Source: Macrostomum lignano (lineage: Eukaryota). From it: a stretch of DNA of 64,000 nucleotides. This document shows, piece after piece, positions 19,001 through 32,160 of the stretch. Position numbers and translations under genes: made by a program. The first letter of the stretch is position 1. Every line of letters starts with the position of its first letter. Below the pieces are notes generated by a model. It searched no databases, was not told the DNA's origin, and saw only the letters and a program-made list of their open reading frames with translations. Location: the NCBI GenBank assembly GCA_002269645.1, contig NIVC01002338.1, positions 1-64,000 of the forward strand, in the 5' to 3' direction.

Positions 19001-21058
19001 TTAGTGACTTTCTTGACATTTTTGTGACTTGTGAGTCCACAAGTGATGCATGTATCCGTGCGACTCTCCGGTGATTTTCTCGAATCTCGAGGGACCCTAT
19101 TTGAGTCTGATATGTACAGCAGAATATATAACCAGGAGCCCTAAAACCTGCAGTCTGCCTGTCGTTCCTGCTGCTGCTCGTATCGATCAGCCACACCGAG
19201 GGAGAGCTGGTGGCGCTGAGCAAAGCTGACAAGCAGATCATCCTGGACACGCACAATGTGCTCCGAGCCCGGACTGCCAGAGGCGAGACTGGCAGCCAGC
19301 CCAGCGCCGCTGATATGATGCTCTTGGTGAGAGAGAGCCCTTGGATGTAGCCAGTCTAAACCCACCAGACCCACTTCCGGTCAATCAATGGGACACCGGA
19401 AACCCTGCTCAGATTTTTTACCGAAACTGAACCTGCGGCCTCCAACACTTCCGTCAGGAATGGGACGACAGGCTGATGGAGAAGGCGGCTAATTGGGCTT
19501 CGCAGTGCAAAGTCGGACACGACACTCCGGCTGAACGGGTGATTCCCGGACACAAGTGGGTCGGGCAGAACTGGGCGGGCGGTCACAGCACCAACCTCAG
19601 CCTGTGAGTCATTTGAAATACACGGGCTTGTATGAGTTTAGCACTCTATTAATAACACTCAGAACACGTTCCCTGCGCAACCAGCTTCGTGGATCTCTGG
19701 TACGTGGAGCACAATGACTACAACTTCGCGGCCAAAACGTGCACCCCCGAGAAGATGTGCGGCCACTACACCCAGGTGGTCTGGTCCCGGACCCTGCTGG
19801 TCGGCTGCGCCGCTGCCACCTGCCCGGGCTACCTTCGCATTCTGGTCTGCGACTACGCTGACGGTGGCAACGTTGGCACCTACCCAGCCTACGAGAGCGG
19901 CTCACCGGCCAGCAAGTGCGTCGGCGAGTACACCTACACTAGCGGCGGCCTCTGCCTGCGCCGCGACCAGTGCGCCGCCATGTACACCGGCGGCGGCAGA
20001 ATCGGCGGCGGCGTCGACGGCGGTGGCGGAACCGGAGGCGCCGACCCTGGCAGTGCCCCGTCGCCAACAACAAAAACAGCAACAACAACGTCGGCTGCCA
20101 CCACGACCACCTTTGACCCGTGGGACGGCTGGACATTCGACGACGGCTACGAGTACTTGCACGGCGAGGAGGCGAAGACGAAGCGATCGCGCGTTCGTCG
20201 CGGCACCGACGGCGGCTGCCGGTGCGCCATCCACTGCTTGAATGGTGGCACTCTGGACTCGGCCAACTGCAAGTGCAGCTGCACTCCCGACTACTACGGC
20301 ACCAGATGCGAGAGTGAGTTGCCTGCCGATCAGGGGCGCGGCGGAGAGGGTGCAAGGGGGTCCGCGGCGCCCTCCAGCAAGCTGATGAAAATTTATGCAA
20401 TCCCGTTGCCAGCTGATTTGGCGCCCCTTTTTGAGCCATGGCGCTCCTTGGTGCTGGCGCTCCTTGGTGCTGGCGCCCCTTGGTTGCTGGCGCCCCTTGG
20501 TGCTGGCGCCCCTTGGTTGCTGGCGCCCCTTGGTTGCTGGCGCCCCTTGGTGCTGGCGCCCCTTGGTTGCTGGCGCCCCTTGGTGCTGGCGCCCCTTGGT
20601 TGCTGGCGCCCCTTGGTTGCTGGCACCCCTTGGTGCTGGCGCCCCTTGGTTGCTGGCGCCCCTTGGTTGCTGGCGCCCCTTTTTGTGCATGTCGCGGATT
20701 GTCACACCTTGGTGTCTTTTCTGAGCAATTTTTTTTTTCAGTTTTTGAAAAAGGGAGAATGGGACCGGCTGGTTGCATGGGCCTTGGTGAATTAGTGAAT
20801 TGTGAAGAAAGGAAATCCGTCAGCTAGGATGAATGATCAGCGAGATGGGGAATAACTAAATTAAAATAAATTTCTAAAACAACTCTCGCAGTGACCTGCA
20901 GCGACCCGGAAATGTTCAGAAGCAACTGCGAGAGCGACCCGGACGCTTGTAAGACATTCCCGATGTTCTGCCCGAAGACCTGCAACGGGTGCAAAGCTGG
21001 CGACATTCGCGACAAAGCGGTAGTTAATACTGACGGAGTGCTGGCCCGCCTGCCTTGA
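16012..21058 (+). CDS. Secreted CAP (SCP/CRISP) domain protein with EGF-like and ShKT domains, ~379 aa
   Basis: Exons 16012-16036, 19154-19326, 19458-19603, 19685-20313, 20892-21058, all phases consistent. Signal peptide MALYFDRLVCLSFLLLLVSISHTEG; CAP motifs HNVLRA, WDDRL, GQNW, CGHYTQVVWS, LVCDY..GN; EGF CAIHCLNGG...CKCSC...YYGTRC; six-Cys ShKT CSD...CPKTCNGC. The last exon end is less certain. Confidence 0.85.
16070..18985. repeat. Intronic 20-bp minisatellite with two unit types (ATATCCTTGACTCTTCAGCG / ACGTCCTTGACTCTTTAGTG)
   Basis: About 140 units; higher-order duplication with period ~920-940 bp. Confidence 0.97.
20418..20682. repeat. Intronic ~17-18 bp GC-rich minisatellite (GGCGCCCCTTGGTTGCT)
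   Basis: Tandem units in intron 20314-20891. Confidence 0.9.
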
Positions 21059-21375
21059 TCAATCTGTCATTATCAATCTCACAATTTATCAATCTTATGA
21101 TCTGTCAATATATCAAACTATCAATCTAAATATATCAAACTTGAGATCCATCAATCTTAAGATACATTAACCTATCAATTTATCAATCTCAGTCTGTCTA
21201 TCTATCAATTTATCAATCTCACAGTTTGTCAATCTGTCAATTTATCAATCTCACAGTTAGTCAATCTGTCAATTTATCAATCTCACTGTCTGTCAATCTA
21301 TCAGTTTATCAATCTTAATATGCATCAATTTATCAAACATAAGATCTATCAATCTATCAATCTATCAATCTCACA
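21058..21375. repeat. AT-rich degenerate array (ATCAATTTATCAATCTCACAG...) starting at the CAP gene stop
   Basis: Repeated ATCAAT-containing units. Confidence 0.8.
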
Positions 21376-21962
21376 GTGTAACTAAGTGCGGCCGCACGAA
21401 CAAGTAAACATCACCCTACTGGTGTCGGTTTCCTTACTAGTATAAAAATGAGAAACAATAAACAATAATAAACACTTTATATTGATATAAGTCGGATTGA
21501 AAGATCGTGCCATCTGGATAAATATGAATATGCTTCTTATTTATCTCATATATTAAAATTTTATTATATAATACGCAAGTATTCTGCCACGAAGCGCAAG
21601 ACAAGCGTCATGCATATTTATTTAGAATTCGACATTCGCGATAGCAACAAAAATGACGAATTAAGCGTAACTAGCAGATCGAACCAGCAGTGAAATTCTA
21701 AGGTATGAAAATACAGCTAAAACAGATTAAAGCAAATCCACGCAATTTGGGTATAAATTAATCATAATGTTTATTGTTGCATTATTGGTAACAAGCAAAA
21801 AAGAAACTTTAATATGCAGGTAGAAGTGCAGCATTTCATGGTAGGATAAAGCACAATCTTCTCATTTGCTGTCATAATGAATAAGCTAATAAAAAACCAA
21901 GCAAAAAAACTTGAAAAATATTTATACAAAACCGTGCCCCTACAAATAAATGTTCCTTCACT

Positions 21963-22435
21963 TTCTAGGAAATCTCACCCCTATGAGACATCAGGGTGTC
22001 TAGGAAATCTCACCCCTATGAGACATCAGAGTGTCTAGGAAATCTCACCCCTATAAGACATTAGTGCTCAGGAAATCTCACCCCTATGAGACATCAGGGT
22101 GTCTAGAAAAACTCACCCCTATGAGACATCAGAGTGTCTAGAAAAACTCACCCCTATGAGACATCAGAGTGTCTAGGAAATCTCACCCCTATGAGACATC
22201 AGGGTGTCTAGGAAATCTCACCCCTATGAGACATCAGGGTGTCTAGGAAATCTCACCCCTATGAGACATCAGGGTGTCTAGGAAATCTCACCCCTATGAG
22301 ACATCAGGGTGTCTAGGAAATCTCACCCCTATGAGACATCAGGGTGTCTAGGAAATCTCACCCCTATGAGACATTGGTGCCTAGGAAATCTCACCCCTAT
22401 GAGACATTGGTGCCTAGGAAATCTCACCCCTTAGA
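21963..22435. repeat. 35-bp minisatellite CTAGGAAATCTCACCCCTATGAGACATCAGGGTGT, 3' of the P450 reductase gene
   Basis: About 13 units; same family as 24105-24843. Confidence 0.95.
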
Positions 22436-22555
22436 GAAATCCGCGAGACAATTTCTTATTAACCTTAAACGCATGCACTCCGTAGGGTCAGCATCTTGTA
22501 TTGTTTCAAAGTTAGGATCAATAGTAATCAGTTAACGGCATGCACTCCTGCCAGA

Positions 22556-25500
22556 TCAGCTCCACACATCGGCGCTGTACCGACCTTTATTAGACAACTT
22601 CTTGATGTAGTCCTGCGCCTCCTGACGGCTCTTGCCGCCGTGCTTCTCAACGATCTCCTCCAGGGCGGCCATCACGTCCCTCGCCATGTGCTTGGCGTCG
22701 CCGCACACGTAGAAGTGACCGCCCAACTCCAGCACCTCCCAGATCTCGCGGCTGTTCTCGTCCCGGCGCATCAGGTGCTGCACGTACACTTTCTCGCCTT
22801 GGTCGCGAGAGAAGGCCACCTGGTGTGAGAGGGATTAGCGGGAGATTAACTATAGACGTATTTTATGAATTACCTAAATTCTAAATGGACTGGTAGATTA
22901 TTTTTATACACAGATGAATATCTGTATAAACTAGCGGATTATCTATATAAACTAGCGGATTATCCATATAAACTAGCGGATTATCCATATAAACTAGCGG
23001 ATTATCTATATAAACTAGCGGATTATCTATATAAACTAGCGGATTATCTATATAAACTAGCGGATTATCTATATAAACTAGCGGATTATCTATATAAAGT
23101 AGCGGATTATCTATATAAACTAGCGGATTATCTATATAAACTAGCGGATTATCCATATAAACTAGCGGATTATCTATATAAACTAGCGGATTATCTATAT
23201 AAACTAGCAGATTATCCATATAAACTAGCGGATTATCTATATAAACTAGCGGATTATCTATACAAACTAGCGGATTATCTATATAAACTAGCGGATTATC
23301 TATATAAACTAGCGGATTATCTATATAATCTAGCGGATTATCCATAAAAACTAGCGGATTATCTATACAAACTAGCGGATTATCTATATAAACTAGCGGA
23401 TTATCTATATAAACTAGCGGATTATCTATATAATCTAGCGGATTATCCATAAAAACTAGCGGATTATCCGTATAGTGGTTTATCAATATCAAGCCAATAA
23501 ATACAAGCAGACAACAGTAAACGCACCTGCAGATTAGTAATAACACCTTTATCTTTCCAAGCCTCCAACTCTTGAGAATAGATGTAATCAATGTCCCGAT
23601 TCCGGCAGCCAGTATACAGAATAGTCTTGCCAACCGGCTTGCCCTGGTCTTTAGCCCATTCGCGCTCCTGTAGGAAGCCGCGAAACGGAGCGAACCCGGT
23701 GCCCGGGCCGACCATGATCACCGGGGTCTGGTGCTTGTACGGCAGGCGGAACTGGCTGCGGCGAACGTACACTGGCAGCTGGGCCGGCTTGTCGGCGAAT
23801 TCGCCAGTAGCAACGCCGAGTACAAGACGATTTGTCGATGTTGTATAGCGCACCACAGCGGCGCAGACGTGAACGGATTTGGGGTGCAGCTTCGGGGAGC
23901 TGGCTATGCTGTAGTAGCGAGCCTGCAGGCGGGGCAGCAGCTCGCACAGGTGGTCCGGCGGCGGCTTCACACTGTCGAGGTCCTCCAGTACGGCTACAAT
24001 ATGCCGCCTGGCGCTGATGATCCAGTCGTGGTAGAGGGCCTGGGTGCGGTTGCGGTTCATCCGTGACCATTGGGTGCGATCCCGGCTGAGTCAGCAGGGT
24101 AGCTTGGAAATCTCACCCCTATGAGGCTATGAGACACCTGAGTTTCCTGGAAATCTCGCCCCTATGAGGCTATGAGACACCTGAGTTTCCTGGAAATCTC
24201 ACCCTTATGAGACATCCACGAGTTTCCTGGAAATCTCACCCCTATGAGGCTATGAGACACCTGAGTTTCCTGAAAATCTCACTCCTATGAGGCTATGAGA
24301 CACCTGAGTTTCCTGGAAATATCGCCCCTATGAGGCTATGAGACACCTGAGTTTCCTGGAAATCTCACCCTTATGAGACATCCACGAGTTTCCTGGAAAT
24401 CTCACCCCTATGAGACATCCACGAGTTTCTTGGGAAATCTCACCCTTATGAGACATCAGGAGATCCGTAGGAAATCTCACCCTTATGAGACATCGGGAGA
24501 TCCCTAGGAAATCTCACCCTATGATACATGAGGAGATCCCTAGGAAATCTCACCCTATGATACATGAGGAGATCCCTAGGAAATCTCACCCTATGATACA
24601 TGAGGAGATCCCTAGGAAATCTCACCCTATGAGACATGAGGAGATCCCTAGGAAATCTCACCCCTATGAGACATCAGGAGATTCCTAGCAAATCTCACCC
24701 CTATGAGACATCAGGAGATCCCTAGCAAATCTCACCCTATGAGACATGAGGAGATCCCTAGGAAATCTCACCCTATGAGACATCAGGAGATCCCTAGAAA
24801 TTTCACCCCTATGAGACATCAGGAGATCTCTAGAAAATCTCACCTTTCCCTCTTCAGTATTGCTGCCCATCTTCTTCAGCATCTGCTTGTGCTCCTCATT
24901 GTCAGTATAGTCGCTCAGCTCGTTCAACAAATTAGTTTTGGGATTGGCGGTGATATCCAGATAGTGCAGGAAGGCGATGCGATAAGTGGTTGGGCAGGGA
25001 AACGGGTGCTTCTTAGTGCTGTCATCGTCCACATTGTTCAGCGAGAACGGCTGATCCAGATCGCACTGGAGCAGTTCGCCCAGCTTGTCAACCAGTTCGC
25101 TTCGATTAACCGGATAAACGGCCACGTGATCTCCGGACTCGTAGCGGATTCGAGAATCGCCAATGTCCAACTCCAGGTGTAAACAGCTGCGGTCACCGCC
25201 AGTGTGCAGCTCGCGATTCTCAGTGACCGCCGCCATATAGGGATTCTTGGCGTCGAATGGCGGCCTCTGACGCTGCAGACTGCCCAGACGGGAGATCTCG
25301 CCTTTGTAGAGCTTTTCTGGCGGCACAGAGCCGGGCTCGTGGTTCACCAGCTGGTACTGCCGATACTTGATGTCCTGCGCCTCTGCGCTGACTCCCAACT
25401 GCTGACAGGCCGCCGGCCACATGCCCTCTTTCCAGTTGTTGAAATCTTCCTCAATATTGGCATCGTCGTCGCCAAGCCCCAATTCGTAGATTCGTTTGGC

Positions 25501-28500
25501 GCCGAGTTCTTCGATTTTCTTGTCAACTAGCTGGCCGATAGCGTTGTAGTGCTCGTAGGTCTTGTTGCCAAGGCCGAACACACAGTAGTTGACGCCTGTT
25601 AAGTCCAGCTCGTTGCGATCGCAGTCCTTCAGCATGGTGAAGAACTCCTGGGTAAGGGTTTGTAGATTTTATCTTTAACGGGAATCTTTACTTAATACCT
25701 TTGCTTCTCATAGATTGGGAAACCCCGGGGCCGGGAATCCCATAGATTGGCACACCCATGGAGTCTCATAGATTGGAAACCCCGGAAATCCCATAGATTG
25801 TGAAACACCGAGAATCCCATAGATTGTGAAACACCGGAAGTCCCATAGATTGGTAAACCCATGGAGTCTCATAGATTGGAAACCCTGGGAATCCATAGAT
25901 TGTGAAACACCGGGAATCCATAGATTGTGAAACACCGGGAATCCATAGATTGTGAAACACCGGGAGTCCCATAGATTGTGAAACACCGGAAGTCCCATAG
26001 ATTGTGAAACACCGGGAGTCCCATAGATTGTGAAACACCGGGAATCCATAGATTGTGAAACACCGGGAATCCATAGATTGTGAAACACCGGAAGTCCCAT
26101 AGATTGGTAAACCCCGGGAGTCCCATAGATTGTGAAACACCGGGAATCCATAGATTGTGAAACACCGGGAATCCATAGATTGTGAAACACCGGAAGTCCC
26201 ATAGATTGTGAAACAGCGGGAATCCATAGATTGTGAAACACCGGAAGTCCCATAGATTGGTAAACCCCGGGAATCCATAGATTGTGAAACACCGGAAGTC
26301 CCATAGATTGTGAAACACCGGAAGTCCCATAGATTGTGAAACACCGGAAGTCCCATAGATTGTGAAACACCGGAAGTCCCATAGATTGTGAAACACCGGA
26401 AGTCCCATAGATTGTGAAACAGCGGGAATCCATAGATTGTGAAACACCGGAAGTCCCATAGATTGTGAAACAGCGGGAATCCATAGATTGTGAAACACCG
26501 GAAGTCCCATAGATTGTGAAACACCGGAAGTCCCATAGATTGTGAAACACCGGGAATCCATAGATTGTGAAACACCGGGAATCCATAGATTGTGAAACAC
26601 CAGAAGTCCCATAGATTGGTAAACCCCGGGAGTCCCATAGATTGTGAAACACCGGGAGTCCCATATATTGTGAAACACCGGGAGTCCCATATATTGTGAA
26701 ACATCGGGAGTCCATAGATTGTGAAACACCGGAAGTCCCATAGATTGGTAAACCCCAGGAGTCCCATAGATTGTAAAACACCGGGAGTCCCATAGATTGT
26801 GAAACACCGGAAGTCCCATAGATTGTGAAACACCGGGAATCCATAGATTGTGAAACACCGGGAATCCATAGATTGTGAAACACCGGAAGTCCCATAGATT
26901 GGTAAACCCCGGAAGTCCCATAGATTGTGAAACACCGGGAGTCCCATAGATTGTGAAACACCGGGAGTCCCATAGATTGTGAAACACCGGGAGTCCCATA
27001 GATTGTGAAACACCGGGAGTCCCATAGATTGTGAAACACCGGGAATCCCATAGATTGGTAAACCCCGGGAGTCCCATAGATTGTGAAACACCGGGAGTCC
27101 CATAGATTGTGAAACACTGGAAGTCCCATAGATTGGTAAACCCCGGGAGTCCCATAGATTGTGAAACACCGGAAGTCCCATAGATTGGTAAACCCCGGGA
27201 GTCCCATAGATTGTGAAACACCGGAAGTCCCATAGATTGGTAAACCCTGGGAGTCCCATAAATTGTGAAACACCGGGAATCCATAGATTGTGAAACACCG
27301 GGAATCCATAGATTGTGAAACACCGGGAGTCCCATAGATTGTGAAACACCGGGAATCCATAGATTGTGAAACACCGGGAATCCATAGATTGTGAAACACC
27401 GGAAGTCCCATAGATTGTGAAACACCGGGAATCCATAGATTGTGAAACACCGGGAATCCATAGATTGTGAAACACCGGAAGTCCCATAGATTGGTAAACC
27501 CCGGGAGTCCCATAGATTGTGAAACACCGAGAGTCCCATAGATTGTGAAACACCGGGAGTCCCATAGATTGTGAAACACCGGGAATCCATAGATTGTGAA
27601 ACACCGGAAGTCCCATAGATTGTGAAACACCGAGAGTCCCATAGATTGTGAAACACCGGAAGTCCCATAGATTGTGAAACACCGGGAATCCATAGATTGT
27701 GAAACACCGGAAGTCCCATAGATTGTGAAACACCGGGAATCCATAGATTGTGAAACACCGGGAATCAATAGATTGTGAAACACCGGGAATCCATAGATTG
27801 TGAAACACCGGAAGTCCCATAGATTGGTAAACCCCGGGAGTCCCATAGATTGTGAAACACCGAGAGTCCCATAGATTGTGAAACACCGGGAGTCCATAGA
27901 TTGTGAAACACCGGGAATCCATAGATTGTGAAACACCGGGAATCCATAGATTGTGAAACACCGGGAGTCCCATAGATTGTGAAACCCCGGGAATCCATAG
28001 ATTGTGAAACACCGGAAGTCCCATAGATTGTGAAACACCGGAAGTCCCATAGATTGTGAAACACCGGGAATCCGTAGATTGTGAAACACCGGGAAAACCA
28101 TAGATTGTGAAACACCGGAAGTCCCATAGATTGGTAAACCCCGGGAGTCCCATAGATTGCGAAACACCGGGAGTCCCATAGATTGCGAAACACCGGGAGT
28201 CCCATATATTGTGAAACACCAGGAGTCCTATATATTGTGAAACACCGGGAGTCCATAGATTGTGAAACACTGGAAGTCCCATAGATTGGTAAACCCCGGG
28301 AGTCCCATAGATTGTGAAACACCGGGAGTCCCATAGATTGTGAAACACCGGGAGTCCCATATATTGTGAAACACCGGGAGTCCCATAGATTGTAAAACAC
28401 CGGGAGTCCCATAGATTGTGAAACACCGGAAGTCCCATAGATTGTGAAACACCGGGAGTCCCATAGATTGTGAAACACCGGGAGTCCCATAGATTGTGAA

Positions 28501-29198
28501 ACACCGGGAGTCCCATATATTGTGAAACACCGGGAGTCCCATAGATTGTGAAACACCGGGAGTCCCATAGATTGTGAAACACCGGGAGTCCCATAGATTG
28601 TGAAACACCGGGAGTCCCATAGATTGTGAAACACCGGGAGTCCTATAGATTAAGAAACCCTAGGAAACCCTTAGAATTTGGATTGAGAATCGTTATCCCA
28701 CGGATTGGGAAAACTTCTTCCCAAAATAGAATAGCAACTACTCACCTGCAGATTATCAGTCGGATCTCCCTCTCCGTAGGTAGCCAGACAGAAAATAGCC
28801 AAAGAGTTGGGGATATCAGCCAGGTGGGCCAGCTCCTTCATGTCGCACTCCTCCGGATCACAGGACATCGCTCTCAGACCGTAGCGAAGCGCCTCCTTGG
28901 ACAGTCGAGTAGCGAAATCTTCGGCTGTGCCAGTCTGGGAGCCGTAGAACACCACAATATTGCGATTCTTTGCCTGCATCTTCGAGATGAAGCTGGACTC
29001 ATCGTAGTCATCGGCGGCGGCGGCGGCACCCTTTGAAGTCGGCGGAATCGATTGGAAAGAGGCCTGGCCCAGGGTGCTTGGCGGGGCCAGGCCGGATCCA
29101 TTACCGTTGCGCGGCTTGCGAACGAATACAAAATAATAAACGCAAACCCCGGCAACTCCGCCAATGATTGCGCAATCGAAAGCGCTTAGGCCTAACAT
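22556..29198 (-). CDS. POR: NADPH-cytochrome P450 reductase, ~677 aa
   Basis: Exons (minus) 29198-28746, 25647-24844, 24039-23527, 22819-22556, all phase 0, total 2034 nt. N-terminal TM anchor; FMN domain VFYGSQTGTAEDFA, ATYGEGDPTDN, FGLGNKTYEHYN; FAD RYYSIASS; NADPH MVGPGTGFAPFRGF, YVCGDAKHMARDV; C-terminal YSADVWS*. Confidence 0.97.
22920..23470. repeat. Intronic 21-bp minisatellite TATATAAACTAGCGGATTATC
   Basis: About 26 units in POR intron 3. Confidence 0.95.
24105..24843. repeat. Intronic ~34-43 bp minisatellite (GGAAATCTCACCCCTATGAGACAT...) filling POR intron 2
   Basis: About 20 units; the first unit on the minus strand starts at the true donor GTGAGA (24843). Confidence 0.95.
25708..28660. 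repeat. Intronic 25-26 bp minisatellite CATAGATTGTGAAACACCGGGAGTCC (~115 units)
   Basis: Fills POR intron 1; its minus-strand unit lacks stop codons, which explains the 600-940 aa pseudo-ORFs. Confidence 0.97.
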
Positions 29199-30627
29199 CT
29201 GCAATGTAAGTTAATAGCGATATGCCACTTTGCCTTAAGATGAGAAACAATCACCTGTATGATAAAAAACTTAGGTAAATGCAATTTTACATATCACTTC
29301 GCCATTGGCGACACCGTCCCACAACCAGAGCGCTGATGGCAATTCTGCACATTCCACTGACTACAAGCGCGTCAATACTGTACGAAGCCACGGCCCTGAC
29401 TTTCTAATCTTCAGGCACGTACACTTTGTGTCTCCTGGTTATCCCTCATTACGTGTAAATCGTACGTCAACCTATGTTATTAAACTAAGTTAACAAATCT
29501 AAAATTAAATCTGACCAGTGTTAGTCCGTTATTCGCGTCGGATAGTGAGCAAATAGTGTTATATTTTAGTAAAATTATAATCACTTACATTCGATCTTGA
29601 TCGCATCTAGTCAAAAACTAACACTGTTCCACCTTCAATGTGAAAGAATTTAAACAAAGCAACAGACAAAGTATTAAGATCCCAGCCTTACTTTTTTTAA
29701 AAGCTCGCTAAGCAGCCGACACAGATCTATAGCCCCTCAGAGGTTAACTGGGGTGAAGCAAACAAAAAAGCCAAGTACTAACTATACACTAATAATGAGC
29801 AAAGAGTGGAACGCAAAGCGAAGGTACGGCCCAACTAATGATATAGACTAGCGAAAGAGAAAGAAACCCCCAACCCCCCTCCCAGAGTCCACATTTGTCA
29901 GCCAATGAAAGAGTGCCATATGACCATTTTATATTTAAGAGTGCATAGCGACATTGATTTGTAACCTAAAGACAGAAAGAGAGAACACGAACATTGCACA
30001 GCATGCCGCTGACGCCAAGTTTACACTTAGTCAAATGAGTTTAGCAGTATTTTCTTATCTCTTCTCTCTCTCCCACCGCAGTCTAACCAGTTGAGTCATT
30101 TCTGACAGTTCAAACAGCTTGACAATGTTTAAAGTAGACTTAGCATTGCTGTTAAAATGTGCCAAAAAAGCTTATAATGCGTCCATAGCCAGTCAGAGAA
30201 ATACACATTTCAAAAAATTCTCTCTTTCTCTCATTTCTTATTTCTTCAATCTTACCTTGAGAACCTGGCAAGCTTCAACAAGTACTGGCAAGAGGACAAT
30301 CTAGAGTCCTACATAGAATTAAAATGACTGAAAGCAGTGGTTGAAGGTAGTTAAGCTCAATATTGAATGCTAACAGCTGGTGTTAGCAGTTTATGCAATT
30401 TCAAATGAAGGTCAACCTATTCAACTGGCTAGTAATTTAGTAAACAACTGCTACAACTAAATACTGAAAGCCGTTACTTTATATTCATTACTACCATTAC
30501 AATCGTCTGCCTTGCTCTGGTTCATACATGCCTAACACCCAGCAAACATGGCCAGGTGGCAGGGTGTCCAAAACAGATATTTTGCAAAATTAATTAATAA
30601 AGTACCAAATTCCGAACAGTTAATATC

Positions 30628-32160
30628 ATACAGGGAATTGCTGAGATGTCAAATCTTACAGGGGGAATTGCTGAGATGTCAAAGCTTACAGGGGGAATTG
30701 CTGAGATGTCAAAGCTTACAGGGGGAATTGCTGAGATGTCAAAGCTTACAGGGGGAATTGCTGAGATGTCAAGGCTTACAGGGGTAATTGCTAAGACGTC
30801 AAGGCTTACAGGGGGAATTGCTGAGACGTCAAGGCTTACAGGGGGAATTGCTGAGATGTCAAGGCTTACGGGGGAATTGCTGAGATGTCAAATCTTACAG
30901 GGGGAATTGCTGAGATGTCAAAGCTTACAGGGGGAATTGCTGAGATGTCAAAGCTTACAGGGGGAATTGCTGAGATGTCAAGGCTTACGGGGGAATTGCT
31001 GAGATGTCAAATCTTACAGGGGGAATTGCTGAGATGTCAAAGCTTACAGGGGGAATTGCTGAGATGTCAAAGCTTACAGGGGGAATTGCTGAGATGTCAA
31101 AGCTTACAGGGGGAATTGCTGAGATGTCAAGGCTTACAGGGGTAATTGCTAAGACGTCAAGGCTTACAGGGGGAATTGCTGAGACGTCAAGGCTTACAGG
31201 GGGAATTGCTGAGATGTCAAGGCTTACGGGGGAATTGCTGAGATGTCAAAGCTTACAGGGGGAATTGCTGAGACGTCAAGGCTTACAGGGGGAATTGCTG
31301 AGACGTCAAGGCTTACAGGGGGAATTGCTAAGATATCAAAGCTTACAGGGGGAATTGCTGAGATGTCAAAGCTTACAGGGGGAATTGCTAAGATGTCAAA
31401 GCTTACAAGGGGAATTGCTGAGATATCAAAGCTTACAGGGAGAATTGCTAAGATATCAAAGCTTACAGGGGAATTGCTGAGATGTCAAGGCTTACAGGGG
31501 GAATTGCTGGGATGTCAAGGCTTACAGGGGGAATTGCTGAGACGTCATTTGCTGAGATCAAGCCTTATGGAGGGAATTGCTTAGATTTCAAGACTTAGGA
31601 AGATTGCTGATAAGTCAAGGCTTATGGGGAGAATTGCTGAGATGTTAAAGCTTACAGGGGTATTGCTGAGATGTCAAGGCTTACAGTGGAGAATTGCTGA
31701 GATCTCAAGGCTTATGGGGATAATTCATACATGCGCAACAGTCGGCCGAGTCGGCCGATCCGGCCGACCGATTTGGTGGCCAACCAAGGAAGTCGCAAAA
31801 ATGCCAACCCGAAAAAACACCGAGTAGTAGTACTAAGTAGCTGACGAGGCATTTTGGCTTTATAAGACAGTTATAGTTACTCCTGCCGTTTACCCAAAGT
31901 TGCGTTAATTTTGCTTTCGGGTTTTTTTACATGTAAGTCGCATTTTTGGCCAAAAACTACGTCGCATTTTTGTTAAAACTAAGTCGCATGGCCGACCGAA
32001 ATTTGGAGGTTGCGCATGTATGGGATAATTGCTGAGATGTCAAGGCTTACAGGGGGAATTGCTAAGATGTCAAAGCTTAAAGGAGAATTGCAGAGATGAC
32101 AAACCTTAGGAGGATAATTGCTAAGATATCAAAGCTTACGGGGATAATTGCTAAGATATC
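30628..32160. repeat. Intergenic 30-bp minisatellite GGGGGAATTGCTGAGATGTCAAAGCTTACA
   Basis: Tandem units with ~358-bp higher-order repetition; interrupted by a MITE. Confidence 0.95.
31726..32022. mobile_element. 297-bp MITE, hAT-like (8-bp TSD)
   Basis: Perfect 14-bp TIRs CATACATGCGCAAC (31726-31739) and GTTGCGCATGTATG (32009-32022); TSD GGATAATT at 31718-31725 and 32023-32030; subterminal GGCCGA and AAGTCGCA repeats. Confidence 0.85.

Noticed and set aside
22865-23633. (DYLYKLA)n and (DNPLVYI)n ORFs
   Set aside because: A 21-bp intronic repeat that happens to be a multiple of 3; similar artefacts at 30646-31584, 42662-43237, 49074-49760 and 57981-58553.
25708-28634. Very long minus-strand ORFs (629-942 aa) in three frames
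   Set aside because: Produced by a stop-free 25-26 bp unit inside POR intron 1. Read-through from exon 1 stops at 28671, and POR is complete without them.
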